From Myxococcota bacterium (lineage in GTDB: Bacteria; Myxococcota_A; UBA796; GCA-2862545), in contig JBCCQY010000003.1 of the NCBI GenBank assembly GCA_039208735.1, positions 1-64,000 of the forward strand: a DNA stretch of 64,000 bases, in the 5' to 3' direction. The position numbers were made by a program, and so were the translations under genes. Within the stretch, counting starts at the first letter, position 1. Every line of letters begins with the position of its first letter. The notes under the pieces are model-generated. The model was not told the origin of the DNA and searched no databases. It saw nothing but the letters and a program-made list of their open reading frames with translations. Positions 49,627-59,448 of the stretch are shown here, piece after piece.

Positions 49627-50309
49627 CCACTGGCGTCGGCCACCGCGTCCAATTCATCGATGATCGGCACCAAGGTCACTTCCACGACCCCCGCGTTGCC
49701 GCGCACCTGGTGCTCGACGGGTTCGAAGCCGGGAGCTTCGATGCGAACGCTGTGCTCGCCCGCGCCCACCCGTACCGAGCCCTGTCCATCGGTCAGGGCG
49801 ATGGGGGTGTAGGGCGCGCAGGGGCTGTCGAAGCGAACCTGGGCGGACTCCACGGGCTGGCCCGTGATGTCGGTGACGGACCACTGTACGGTCTTGCCGT
49901 AGCGAGGGACGAGGGGCAATTCGAGGTGATTGCGGCCTGGTGCCACCGTCAGCTGAGCTTCAGCGGTGTAGCAAAGCGCCTCCGCGCGAACCGTGATCAC
50001 CTCGTTGGGAACCAGGTCTTCGGCCACACGGAGTCCGTTTGAAACCGTCTCGCCGGACTCTCGGAGCACGGTGACCGTGGCTCGCACCGCCGTGTCTCCG
50101 ATCCAGGGGACCACGTCGAGCGCGGCAAGGTGATCGGGACAACCATCGTGATCGGCGTAGCCATTCACCGTCTCCGCCATCGCGATGCAGCGGTCGCGGC
50201 GGTCCGGCACGCCATCGCGATCTTCGTCGGCGGGGGAGAACAGGCCTGCATGGGCCTGGGACAACAACGTGGATGCGAGCAGCAACACCAATGCCTCCGA
50301 TCTCACCAT
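49611..50309 (-). CDS. Secreted protein with thrombospondin type 3-like Ca-binding repeat and PEGA/carboxypeptidase-regulatory-like domains
   Basis: DEDRDGVPDRRDRC...ETVNGYADHDGCPD; V.D..G.PV..A.V, IEAPGF. Confidence 0.65.
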   Translation of the reverse strand: MVRSEALVLLLASTLLSQAHAGLFSPADEDRDGVPDRRDRCIAMAETVNGYADHDGCPDHLAALDVVPWIGDTAVRATVTVLRESGETVSNGLRVAEDLVPNEVITVRAEALCYTAEAQLTVAPGRNHLELPLVPRYGKTVQWSVTDITGQPVESAQVRFDSPCAPYTPIALTDGQGSVRVGAGEHSVRIEAPGFEPVEHQVRGNAGVVEVTLVPIIDELDAVADASGHSGQ

Positions 50310-50457
50310 CCGGTACACCGCTGGGGGGTTGTCCATGCCGCCACGGAAGACCAGCAATCGTCGCGATCCGTCATTGCCGTGACCCCGGTGTCACTCCACG
50401 TGGGGACTATCGAGGTCTACCAGAGCGGCGTATGGTCCGGTGGCCAATGGAGTCGAC

Positions 50458-51429
50458 ATGAGCACGATGATCTGGGTGACGCTGCTGTGGGGAATGCCGG
50501 CGCTGGCCGCGCCGACGGTTGATCAGACGGCCCTCGAGACGCTGTCCGAGGAACTCCAAGAGGGCTTCGCCAAGCGTGAAGCGGAGATCAGCCTGCTGAC
50601 TTCGCGCATCGAGACCCAACAGACCAAGGTCGACGAAGCGAAGGCGGTGGTCGACGCGGACCGTGCGGCGGTGGCTGCGGCCAAGGACGACCTCGATACG
50701 GTCGAAGAGCGACGGGACATGGCCAAGTCGGACGGCAAGACCAGCGTCAAGCTGTCCAAGCACGACGTGGAAGAGGCCAAGGTCGAGTACAAGGCGGCAA
50801 AGGCTGACGAAAAGGTCGCCAAGCAGGAACTCAAGCTTGCAAAGGCGGATGGCGATCGCGACGCGATCCGCGAAGCTGGCGTCGCGCACATCGCGGCGAA
50901 GAAGCGCACCGACTCGACGAAGAAGGTGCTTTCGGACCGCAAGATCGCGCTGAAGAACGCCAAGAAGGACGCAAAAAAGGACGTGGAAGCCATGGCGGGC
51001 GACCTCGAAGACGCCAAGGCCTCGACGGTAGCCGCGAAGGAGGACCGCGAGAATGCCCGGGCGGCCTTGGCTCTCGCGAAGGCCGAACTCGACGTTCTCG
51101 AATCGCACCGGGACCTGTTGATGGCCGAGTTGTCGTTCGATCAGGCGCGGGCGCTCGACGACACCGACCAGGCGGTCGAACTCGAGCCGTTTGTGAACGC
51201 GGTCGACAAGGCGAAGATGTCGTACGACAAGGCGCTCAACGCCCGCAACGCCAAGCAGGCGTCGATGGGTCAGGCGGAGACGATGCCCGAATCCATGACC
51301 CGGACCCCCGAGACGGAAGCCGCGCCCGAACCGGAAGTGGCCGACGCGGAGACCAAAAGCGACGAAGCGCCCGCATCCGAGCCCGCATCGGAAGACGCGG
51401 ACGAGACGGCTACGGCGGCAAATCCGTAG
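50458..51429 (+). CDS. Secreted coiled-coil protein (Ala/Lys/Asp/Glu-rich)
   Basis: Signal peptide, long heptad-rich region, acidic disordered tail. Confidence 0.8.
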   Translation: MSTMIWVTLLWGMPALAAPTVDQTALETLSEELQEGFAKREAEISLLTSRIETQQTKVDEAKAVVDADRAAVAAAKDDLDTVEERRDMAKSDGKTSVKLSKHDVEEAKVEYKAAKADEKVAKQELKLAKADGDRDAIREAGVAHIAAKKRTDSTKKVLSDRKIALKNAKKDAKKDVEAMAGDLEDAKASTVAAKEDRENARAALALAKAELDVLESHRDLLMAELSFDQARALDDTDQAVELEPFVNAVDKAKMSYDKALNARNAKQASMGQAETMPESMTRTPETEAAPEPEVADAETKSDEAPASEPASEDADETATAANP

Positions 51430-51476
51430 GCTCCTCGGGCCGGACCCGCTATCCTAGGCCCTAGGAGGGCTGGCGG

Positions 51477-52445
51477 ATGGGCGTGGTCTTGGTCGAGATT
51501 CGGTCGACGTCCGGGGACGCGCCCCGCCGTGTCGAACGTCAAGGCGCGGTTCAGATCGGACGCGGGCCAGATAACGATCTGGTCCTTGCCGATCCCGAAG
51601 CATCCTGGCGTCACGCCCTGGTTTATCTGGATGGTCCCGACCTATGGGTGCGCGATCTGGGCAGTCGCAACGGGACGCTGGTGGACGGCGAGAAAATCGC
51701 CCATCCGACGCGGCTCAACGTACACAGCCGCCTGACGATCGGTCCGTTCGAACTGGCGGTGCGATCGCGGGCCGATGCTCAAGGCCCCTTGCTCGTCGAG
51801 GATGTCGCCACGGGCGTGCTTCATCCCATCATTGGCGAGCGATTCGTCATCGGTTCTCATGAAGGCGCTCACTTGTTGCACCCGGGCCTCACCGAGGACC
51901 TGACCATTCTGCTGGTCGGCCATGGCGAGGTCTGGGCCGGCTCGAACGGCGAAGACTGGCCCATCGCACTCGATACGCCGTTCGAGGTTGAAGGGCGGAG
52001 TTTCGTGGTGCGCCAAGGAGACGCCGAGCGGGTCCCCACAGTCGAGGCCCAGGGGCGTCCGTACGCCTACCACCTCGAAGCTTCGCTGGACCGCGGACCT
52101 GGGCCCACAGCGCTCCTTTCGGACCCGGTAACCAGCAATGCGTGCACGTTTTCGGCCGAAACGCGCGCCGTGTTGCTCTACACGTTGGGCCGACAGATCC
52201 TCGAAGATCGCAAGGAGGGTGTGCCTGCCTCGGAAGAAGGCTGGGTCGCGGATCCCGCGATCATCGTCTCGGTCTGGGGACGTACGTCTGCTGCGGATGG
52301 TCGGGCCCGTCTGAAGACGCTGGTGCATCGGGTGCGTCACGACTGTCGGAGCGTGGGTTTGGACCCTTGGTGCCTCGAAAAGCGGAGCGGCTACACCCGG
52401 CTACGTGCCGACAGCGTGTTCATTCCGGGGGAGAGCGAATCGTAG
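51477..52445 (+). CDS. FHA domain protein with degenerate second FHA-like and C-terminal winged-helix-like regions
   Basis: IGR..DNDL......S.RHA, DLGSRNGT; VWG....RLKTLVHRVR......EKRSGYTRL. Confidence 0.8.
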   Translation: MGVVLVEIRSTSGDAPRRVERQGAVQIGRGPDNDLVLADPEASWRHALVYLDGPDLWVRDLGSRNGTLVDGEKIAHPTRLNVHSRLTIGPFELAVRSRADAQGPLLVEDVATGVLHPIIGERFVIGSHEGAHLLHPGLTEDLTILLVGHGEVWAGSNGEDWPIALDTPFEVEGRSFVVRQGDAERVPTVEAQGRPYAYHLEASLDRGPGPTALLSDPVTSNACTFSAETRAVLLYTLGRQILEDRKEGVPASEEGWVADPAIIVSVWGRTSAADGRARLKTLVHRVRHDCRSVGLDPWCLEKRSGYTRLRADSVFIPGESES

Positions 52446-53222
52446 GCCGAGGAAAAGCCTGATGGCAGGGGCTCCGATCCCCGGCGACACCCCTCGGCCA
52501 AGACCTCCATGGAGCGCCACGTCGCGCGACAGCCGGTACCGAGTGCTGAGCAGGACTTCGAAGGGGGCGGTATCGGGAGTGGTTCCTCGGCGGGGCACGC
52601 TGCCCACCGCTTCGGTGGTCACGTCCCATCGTGGATGAAGTGGAAGCGCGAGGCCCACACGAATCCAAAGGGCGTCATCAAAGTCGACGTCGACCAGGGT
52701 CTGCGTCGGGGTGAGCCGAATTCCGAGGTTCGTCGCGAGGGTGACGGGGCCCTCCCAGGCGGCCAAGAGTCCCAAATCCCCGAACCCGCCGGGGTGTCCG
52801 AGTTGCTGCTCCGCGGCCCCCAACGATGCGCCAAGCCGGCCGATGGCACCCAGCCGGACCTGGCCCAGAGTTCCGCTCACGACGGCCTCGAGCGTCGGGT
52901 CCCCCACCACCGTCAACACGGTGGGCTCGTCGGTGCCGATGCGCACCGGGTACACCGTTGCGGTGCCGCCCAGGCGGACTGGTCCGATCGGGTGTCGCGC
53001 GCCGACGTGCAGCCCCCAGGCGTGCCGGATCACCGGGATGAGCGCTCCCGTGTCGTCCACAGCTCGGATCGGCGCCACGGCCCATGAAGATTGGGCGGTG
53101 ACCATCGTCGGTGCGTCCGCGGCCGTATCGATCGTGGCAAAGGCGCTTGCATCGAGGGTGGGTTGGTAGGGGTCGGCGTCGACGAGGGGGCCGGCGAGTG
53201 CGGCAGCGCTCCAGAAGATCAC
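52401..53222 (-). CDS. Outer-membrane beta-barrel-like protein
   Basis: Amphipathic strands; GD..L, P.EVL...RY, G.GRG...G.GAP..R.F.GL resemble the barrel of myxobacterial OmpA-family proteins. Confidence 0.65.
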   Translation of the reverse strand: MIFWSAAALAGPLVDADPYQPTLDASAFATIDTAADAPTMVTAQSSWAVAPIRAVDDTGALIPVIRHAWGLHVGARHPIGPVRLGGTATVYPVRIGTDEPTVLTVVGDPTLEAVVSGTLGQVRLGAIGRLGASLGAAEQQLGHPGGFGDLGLLAAWEGPVTLATNLGIRLTPTQTLVDVDFDDALWIRVGLALPLHPRWDVTTEAVGSVPRRGTTPDTAPFEVLLSTRYRLSRDVALHGGLGRGVSPGIGAPAIRLFLGLRFALPRNEHAVGT

Positions 53223-54235
53223 GGGGTGCCTCCCCACGGCAGACCAAACGGACGGGTGGGCGTTGGGATCCCAAGGAAGCCCAGTCGGTCGAGCGCCGCG
53301 ACCCGCCACCACACCGGTTCGCCCGGCGCGACGGGTAGCAAAAGGAGTTCGGGCGCATACACCGGCGTGGTCAGGGCCCGCGCATGAAGGATGCCGTTGC
53401 CCGCCGCATCGCCCGACAAGGTCACCCGGTAGCCGAAGGCTTCGGCGTTGGGGGTCCAGCGAAACTGCACGCGTCGCAAGGGCTCCCCAACGTCGGGACG
53501 GACCAGCCCTCCGGGTTTCAGGAGGTCGACCGTCGCCGACAACTGGCCATCCGCCTGCACGCGGGCTCCCTTGCCGGCCTCGAGGTCGAGTTGTTGGTCA
53601 TCGCCAAGCAACGCGAGCCGAGAGGTCAGCGACTCGGCGCGTAGCGCATCGTCGGACTCGAGGTGCACCCGAAATCCGCCGGTACCCGTCGCCATCCCCG
53701 CGCCCGCAACCACGGTGACCCGGCCCGTGACCTCTTTCGGATCCGCGACGACCAGGCTGCCCTGGTCCACCTCGACCACCGTGGCGCGCCCCGCTCGCGT
53801 TGCCCCCACCGCGCGCAGGGTGATGCAGGTGTCGCTCCACAACACCACCCCGTCGCCCACTGGGCCGTCCTCTGCGCAGGTCGTGGCCACATGGAGCAGG
53901 GCGTAGCTGTTGGCGCCGGTGCAGACCTGGGCTCCCGTAGGGAGAGCCACGAGGCGTTGGGCGGCCTGGGGGCGTCCCCCTTGGGTGGTGACGGTGACCT
54001 CACCCACCGTGAGTTCGAGGAACGCATCCTGCTCGGAGGTGCTCGCCTGATCGGGGAGTTTGAGGAGTCGGCCGATGCGAGGCTGAGCGCCCGGCGGCAA
54101 GCCATTGAGCCCCCGGATGACCGAGGCCAGCTGGGGGTCGCCGAGTTCTACCGCGATGCCCTCGATGGTCTGGCCAACCTCGACCGGCCAAAGGCTACTG
54201 GCGGCCGCGAGTTCCATGGTCAACCAGACGATCAT
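53219..54235 (-). CDS. LysM plus FecR-like domain protein
   Basis: V..GQTI.GIA..L.......I..LNGL......IG..L.LP; G.V.V, L..G..V.TG.NSYA.L; FN3-like C-terminus. Confidence 0.75.
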   Translation of the reverse strand: MIVWLTMELAAASSLWPVEVGQTIEGIAVELGDPQLASVIRGLNGLPPGAQPRIGRLLKLPDQASTSEQDAFLELTVGEVTVTTQGGRPQAAQRLVALPTGAQVCTGANSYALLHVATTCAEDGPVGDGVVLWSDTCITLRAVGATRAGRATVVEVDQGSLVVADPKEVTGRVTVVAGAGMATGTGGFRVHLESDDALRAESLTSRLALLGDDQQLDLEAGKGARVQADGQLSATVDLLKPGGLVRPDVGEPLRRVQFRWTPNAEAFGYRVTLSGDAAGNGILHARALTTPVYAPELLLLPVAPGEPVWWRVAALDRLGFLGIPTPTRPFGLPWGGTP

Positions 54236-55311
54236 GGACGCCTCGGGGGAAGGGGGCGGACTAGGGCAATGCGTTGACCCTCGGCGGGGGCATCCCGCAG
54301 ATCGAGAGGGGCTTCGACGGTGTCGAGCCGTTCAGGATCGAGGCCCGATTCAATCAGGTGGTTGCGAACGGCGTTGGCGCGCGCTTCGGCGAGCTGGCGA
54401 TTGGCGTTGTCATCGCCTTCGGGACTAAAGCCGCCTCGAATCTCGAACCGCCATCCCCCGGCATCACGCGCCACGTCGGTCAGAGACGTGCGCGCCTCGG
54501 AACTTAGGGCGGCAGACCCCTGGGCAAACCCGATCTCGCGTGGCTCAGGTGGGGGAACGGACCACCAAAGCCCGTGGTCTTCGCTGACGAGCAGATCGCG
54601 GCGGATGCGGCGGCCTCCACCGAGAATGGCGACCCTCACCGCTCCACTGCGCTTGTGCACTGCGATGCCGTTCGCATCGGCTTCGACCGTGGTTCCATCG
54701 ACCGATACGGCGTCGCCAGGGTAGGCCGCAACGACCAGCACACCGGCCTGGGGCATCGTAGGTTGGTTCGGGAAGGTGGCCCCCGACCGATTCCGGAGCA
54801 AATCCGCCGATGGTGCATTGGGATCGACGTAGTCACAAACCGGCTCGGCTCGCCACACGGGCTTGGGCTCGCTCCGTCGCCGAAACAACCGAGCCACGGT
54901 GAGTTCGAGCCACCAGTCTTCGCGTGTGGGCACGAAGCGGTACGCGACCTGCAGGCGCCACCCGGATTGCCGTCGGGGCAGGTCGAGGGCGAAGCCTGGG
55001 GAGAGGACCAGCGCGACGTCAGGGCCAACGCTGGCCCCCGCTCCCAACACCGCGGTGAGGTGGGGGCGCGAGGATTGGGGTCGGCCCAAGCGAAGGGTGG
55101 GGGAAAGACTGCCGACGGCGCGCCCCGAGGTGTCGACCCCCACGAGTCCCGTCAAGCCAGGGGCCACGATAGGTCGTGGCCATTCGAAGGATCCGCGCAC
55201 GCCGTAAAAGGAGCGTGGGCCTTGGGTGCGGTCGGCGAGGCCTGCCGATCCGCCCAGCGCAAGGTCGATCGGTGGGGCCGCGACCGCCGACGCCAGGAGC
55301 AACTGGATCAT
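54232..55311 (-). CDS. OmpA C-terminal domain protein
   Basis: I.FA.GSA.L, N..LA..RA.AVR.HL...G.D..RL. Confidence 0.8.
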   Translation of the reverse strand: MIQLLLASAVAAPPIDLALGGSAGLADRTQGPRSFYGVRGSFEWPRPIVAPGLTGLVGVDTSGRAVGSLSPTLRLGRPQSSRPHLTAVLGAGASVGPDVALVLSPGFALDLPRRQSGWRLQVAYRFVPTREDWWLELTVARLFRRRSEPKPVWRAEPVCDYVDPNAPSADLLRNRSGATFPNQPTMPQAGVLVVAAYPGDAVSVDGTTVEADANGIAVHKRSGAVRVAILGGGRRIRRDLLVSEDHGLWWSVPPPEPREIGFAQGSAALSSEARTSLTDVARDAGGWRFEIRGGFSPEGDDNANRQLAEARANAVRNHLIESGLDPERLDTVEAPLDLRDAPAEGQRIALVRPLPPRRP

Positions 55312-56744
55312 GGTGCACGGTCCAACGTCACAACCGCCTCGCCACGTGGGGAATAGACCTTTCCTCGACCCTTTTGCCCATTGGGCGCTATCGTGATCTC
55401 GTACCGTACTTCGGTGCGGGACTCCTTGAGCGAAAGCCGGTTTCCGGCATATGTCCCCCGGATTCCTTCGCGAACGATTTTGTCGTCGAGTCGGCTTTGG
55501 GCTTCCCCACGAAGCGCTTCTGGCGGTCCTTCGAGAACGAGTGTGATCGCCACGCCGTTGTTGCTCATCTGCCAGGTGCCGGCAACGTCGGAGGCGTCTG
55601 CTTTGGGCGCAGGTGGGGGTCGCGGAGTCGGCGTGGCGCGAGGCGGGGTGGCGGTGGGCTCCCGCTCCGGCAAGGGGGGACCTTGAAACTGGAGTTCCCA
55701 TGGCACGGGTTCGGCCGTGGGCGGGTCCGCAACGGTCGTGGGAGACGGCTCCGGTGGGGATTCCGAAGGGAGCCACGCAAGGCTGCCCAGTGCGAAGAGC
55801 AGCGCGAATCCACCTACGCCCGCGGCCACCCAGCGCCCTCGTCGGGGGTCCCGCGCCGCGATGGTCGGGGACGGGGCCGGAGGCATGGTCGGGGGAGGGC
55901 GTGGGGGCTGCGGTGACACCCGGGGCGGCACCACTTCACCCAGATCGACGGCCTCGAGCGCTCGCGCGAAGTCGTGCGCGGTGGGGTACCGATCGTCGGG
56001 GCGTTCCGAGCAGGCTCGCCGCAGCACCCTGACGAGCCCCGGCGTGAGGTCCGTCCACCGGTCCGACGTGGTTCCCGCCAGGAATAGATCGATGGCCGAT
56101 CGGCCCGTCAGCACCCGATACAGTGCAGCGCCGGTGGCGTAGATGTCGGCCAGATGGCTGACCCCCGCAGCGTCTTGGCGTTGCTCGGGAGGCATGTAGG
56201 CGAGCGAGCCCATACCGACGCCTCGTCGCGTCCGGCGAAGTGCCGCATCGTCGATCATCGCGATGCCAAAATCGGTGAGTCGGGCATCATCCGCGTCGTC
56301 GATCAGCACATTCGAAGGCTTCACATCGCGATGCACGATCCCCGCCTCGTGCACGGCGGCCAGCCCCTTCAGCAATTGGCCCACCAACCGCACGGCATCG
56401 GACGGAGGCAAGGGACCCCGCTCGACCAACCGGTCCGAGAGGGTCCCGCCCGGGACGTGTTCCATGACGATGTAGTCCAAATCGCCGTCTCGCCCGGTAT
56501 CGAAGACCTGAACGACGTGGGGGTGACGAATTTTGGCCATCGCCCGGGCTTCGGCCGCAAAGCGTCGGCGCCACGACGCTCGCGGCTCCCCATCATCGAG
56601 GCGAATGATTTTGATCGCGCGTACCGCGTTCAAGCGCGTGTCGATCGCCCGGAACACGTAGGCCATTCCCCCCTCGCCAAGTGGCTCGTCGAGGGTGTAG
56701 CGGCCGTTCCCGAGAGCTTCGGGGATTGCCAAGCGCTCCGTCAT
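55308..56744 (-). CDS. Membrane-anchored Hanks-type Ser/Thr protein kinase
   Basis: LGEGGMA.V, AIK, HRDVKPSN, DFGIA, YMPPEQ, DIY; Pro-rich linker, TM helix, extracytoplasmic beta domain. Confidence 0.93.
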   Translation of the reverse strand: MTERLAIPEALGNGRYTLDEPLGEGGMAYVFRAIDTRLNAVRAIKIIRLDDGEPRASWRRRFAAEARAMAKIRHPHVVQVFDTGRDGDLDYIVMEHVPGGTLSDRLVERGPLPPSDAVRLVGQLLKGLAAVHEAGIVHRDVKPSNVLIDDADDARLTDFGIAMIDDAALRRTRRGVGMGSLAYMPPEQRQDAAGVSHLADIYATGAALYRVLTGRSAIDLFLAGTTSDRWTDLTPGLVRVLRRACSERPDDRYPTAHDFARALEAVDLGEVVPPRVSPQPPRPPPTMPPAPSPTIAARDPRRGRWVAAGVGGFALLFALGSLAWLPSESPPEPSPTTVADPPTAEPVPWELQFQGPPLPEREPTATPPRATPTPRPPPAPKADASDVAGTWQMSNNGVAITLVLEGPPEALRGEAQSRLDDKIVREGIRGTYAGNRLSLKESRTEVRYEITIAPNGQKGRGKVYSPRGEAVVTLDRAP

Positions 56745-56906
56745 CGGCGCGCTTTATCTCATCATTCGTTGGCGTCAGCGAGTGCGGAGACCTCGAGCAA
56801 CCTTGTGAAGACACTCGGGTTGTGGGAGGTGGCCCCCGCGACGAGATGCCACAGTGTCGATAGTCATTGCATACGTTCTAGGATGGAAATTCCTGTTGGA
56901 GGAGCG

Positions 56907-57809
56907 ATGATGATTCGGGGTCTCGTGCTGATGGGCCTGGTCGGCTGTGTCGATCAGGAGGAGTTTGCGCTGGAGTTCGTAGCCGTGCACCACGGGGCCC
57001 GCGTTGGCTGTGACGACGTGCTGATGGGCTTCGGACCCGATGCCGACCAGTCCGTGCGCATTGCCGACCTGCGGCTGTACGTCAGCGCTCTTGAGTTCCT
57101 TGACGCCGATGGTTTGGTCATCGCACACACCCTCGACGCCAACGAGTTCCAGCTCGATCATCCGGAGGGTTGGGTCTCGCTTGTCGACCTCGCGGGCACC
57201 GACGCTGGCGCTTGCGCTCCCGACGGCATCACGTTCGCGGAGGGCACCGCGCGCCTCCACCCTACGCTGACGGGCCAGACTGCGGTCGACGACGTGGCCT
57301 CGGTGCGCTTCGACGTGGGGGTCCCCCAGGCCGTGATGTCCGCGGTCATCGGAGACTACACCGCCGAAGCGGCCCCCTCGCCGCTGGGCGAGATGTACTG
57401 GTCGTGGGTCACGGGCTACCGGCACTTCGTGCTCAACATGGCCGTTGACGCCCCCGAGGAGCAAGGCGAGGGCTACGTCCACATCGGTAGCACAGACTGC
57501 GCGGCCAAAGGCGAGAACGCCCTCGAGAGCCGGTCGGCCTGCGGGGCCATCAATACGCCGCGCGTCGCGATGGAGTTCGACCTCGTCACCGACGTCATCG
57601 GCATCGACGTAGGCACCCTACTTGCGGGTCTCGACTTCCGAGCGCCCGTTTACGATCCGCAGACCTTCGAGATCATCGGCGAACAGCCTGGTGTCGAGTG
57701 CCACAGCTCGACGCTCCAGAGCGACTGCGCCCAGATCTTCGACGCGGTGGGCATCGACCCCGACGGCGATGCGGCGGCCGACGCCAACCAGGTCTTTCGG
57801 CGCCTCTGA
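56907..57809 (+). CDS. mbnP: MbnP family (four-Cys metallo-mystery pair) protein
   Basis: LVGC lipobox; DLRLYVS, MYWSW.TGY, HIGST.C, C...N.P, ECHS.....C; GGAGG RBS. Confidence 0.82.
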   Translation: MMIRGLVLMGLVGCVDQEEFALEFVAVHHGARVGCDDVLMGFGPDADQSVRIADLRLYVSALEFLDADGLVIAHTLDANEFQLDHPEGWVSLVDLAGTDAGACAPDGITFAEGTARLHPTLTGQTAVDDVASVRFDVGVPQAVMSAVIGDYTAEAAPSPLGEMYWSWVTGYRHFVLNMAVDAPEEQGEGYVHIGSTDCAAKGENALESRSACGAINTPRVAMEFDLVTDVIGIDVGTLLAGLDFRAPVYDPQTFEIIGEQPGVECHSSTLQSDCAQIFDAVGIDPDGDAAADANQVFRRL

Positions 57810-58945
57810 TGCGTGGACTCTTCTTCTTCTTGGGAATGAGCGCGTGCGCCGCGTCCGAGCTGGACGTGCGCGAAGTCCTTGAGCTTCCCGAACACTTCGC
57901 GACTCCCGATGTCCCACTTACCAACCCGCCCACTCCCGAGGCGATCGAGCTTGGCCGGTGGCTATTCTACGACGAGCGGCTGTCGGGCAACCAGACCCAG
58001 TCCTGCGCGAGCTGCCATCTCCAGGAGTTCGCCTTCGCGGATGGGTTGCAGCGCCCCGTGGGCTCAACCGGACAGACGCTGCCGCGTAACTCGCAGGGGC
58101 TCGCCAACGTGGCGTGGGCGTCGTCGCTCACCTGGGCAAGTCCGTTCCTCGTCGACCTCGAGCAGCAGATCCATGTGCCGCTACGGGCCGAGAATCCCAT
58201 CGAACTCGGCATGAATGACGGCAACGAGCAGGAAATCCTCGACCGGTTCCTCGATGACCCTGACATGGTCGAGCGCTTCGCGCTTGCGTTCCCCGACACC
58301 GACGGTGCGGTGACCACGAACGCGGTGGTGCTGGCGCTGGCCTCATTCCTGCGGTCGATGGTGTCGTCGCGGAGCCCCTACGATCGGTTCCTGCAGGGTG
58401 ACCGCGACGCGCTGTCTGCCGCCGCGGAGCGTGGTTTGACCCTGTTCAACACCCATCCTCGCGAGTGCTTTCACTGCCACAACGGCACGCAGCTGACCAC
58501 CGCCTACCGCGACGCGAGCTCCGAGCCCGGTTTCTTGGTGCCGCAGTTTTTCAACACCGGTCTGTACAACGTCGACGGCGAAGGGAGCTACCCGCCGCAC
58601 GACCAGGGTCTGTTCGAGGCCACCGGCGATCCGCGTGACCGCGGACGGTTTCGTGTGCCGAGCTTGCGCAACGTCGCGGTGACCGCACCGTACATGCACG
58701 ATGGGAGTGTTGAGACGCTGCGCGAGGTCGTTCTGCACTATGCCGCGGGGGGGCGAGTGATAGAGGATGGTCCGTTCGCTGGTGACGGTCGATTGAGCCC
58801 GCTCAAGTCCAGTTTCATGATCGGATTTCCAGTCGACGACGACGAGATCGATGACCTCGTGGCGTTCCTGGAGTCAATGACGGACGACACCTTCCTCTCC
58901 GACCCTCGATTCTCGGATCCGCGAAAGGCAACCGTGGCGCCGTGA
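57809..58945 (+). CDS. mbnH: MbnH family di-heme cytochrome c peroxidase
   Basis: ELGR.LFYD.RLSGN.TQSCASCH, CFHCH, FRVPSLRNVAVTAPYMHDGS; TGATG coupling. Confidence 0.88.
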   Translation: MRGLFFFLGMSACAASELDVREVLELPEHFATPDVPLTNPPTPEAIELGRWLFYDERLSGNQTQSCASCHLQEFAFADGLQRPVGSTGQTLPRNSQGLANVAWASSLTWASPFLVDLEQQIHVPLRAENPIELGMNDGNEQEILDRFLDDPDMVERFALAFPDTDGAVTTNAVVLALASFLRSMVSSRSPYDRFLQGDRDALSAAAERGLTLFNTHPRECFHCHNGTQLTTAYRDASSEPGFLVPQFFNTGLYNVDGEGSYPPHDQGLFEATGDPRDRGRFRVPSLRNVAVTAPYMHDGSVETLREVVLHYAAGGRVIEDGPFAGDGRLSPLKSSFMIGFPVDDDEIDDLVAFLESMTDDTFLSDPRFSDPRKATVAP

Positions 58946-59448
58946 CGTCCAGCCAGCCGGTAGTGATCCTTGCGCCTACCTCTCGGACGCCGCCCGCCCC
59001 CACGCCCGATCAATTGGTCCGGCCTTTCACACAACGGACAATCAGCCCACCATGCGTCACACGTTGAACAAGCCCCCGGACCACAGAACAGCTCGTTCCG
59101 TGATGACGGCGATCACCGCAAGTTGCCAGACTTCGTTCCACCCTGAACCGAGACGCCTCGCCTTTCGTCGTTGCAGCGACCGTGATTGGGCCTTCTCGGG
59201 AATGGGGCTGCGATCGACAGGCGCTAAGCTGGCTCGTTCATGCCCATGGCCGATTCGACCTCGATTTGTATGCCCGAATCGAAGTTGAAACTTTAAGATC
59301 CGGACGTTTGGCGGCAAGCGTAGCGATGTTCCCTATGGGCCGCGAAGCGACAGAGCAGGAAGAGTCGTGGTTTCGTTTGATTAAACTTATATATCATTGA
59401 TATATCAAACAGGATCATCCACGAAGGCTGTGGCAAGATGAGGGCGCC

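Noticed and set aside
51452..51466. Intrinsic terminator TCCTAGG-C-CCTAGGA
   Set aside because: Short stem, no U-tract, overlaps the next gene's RBS
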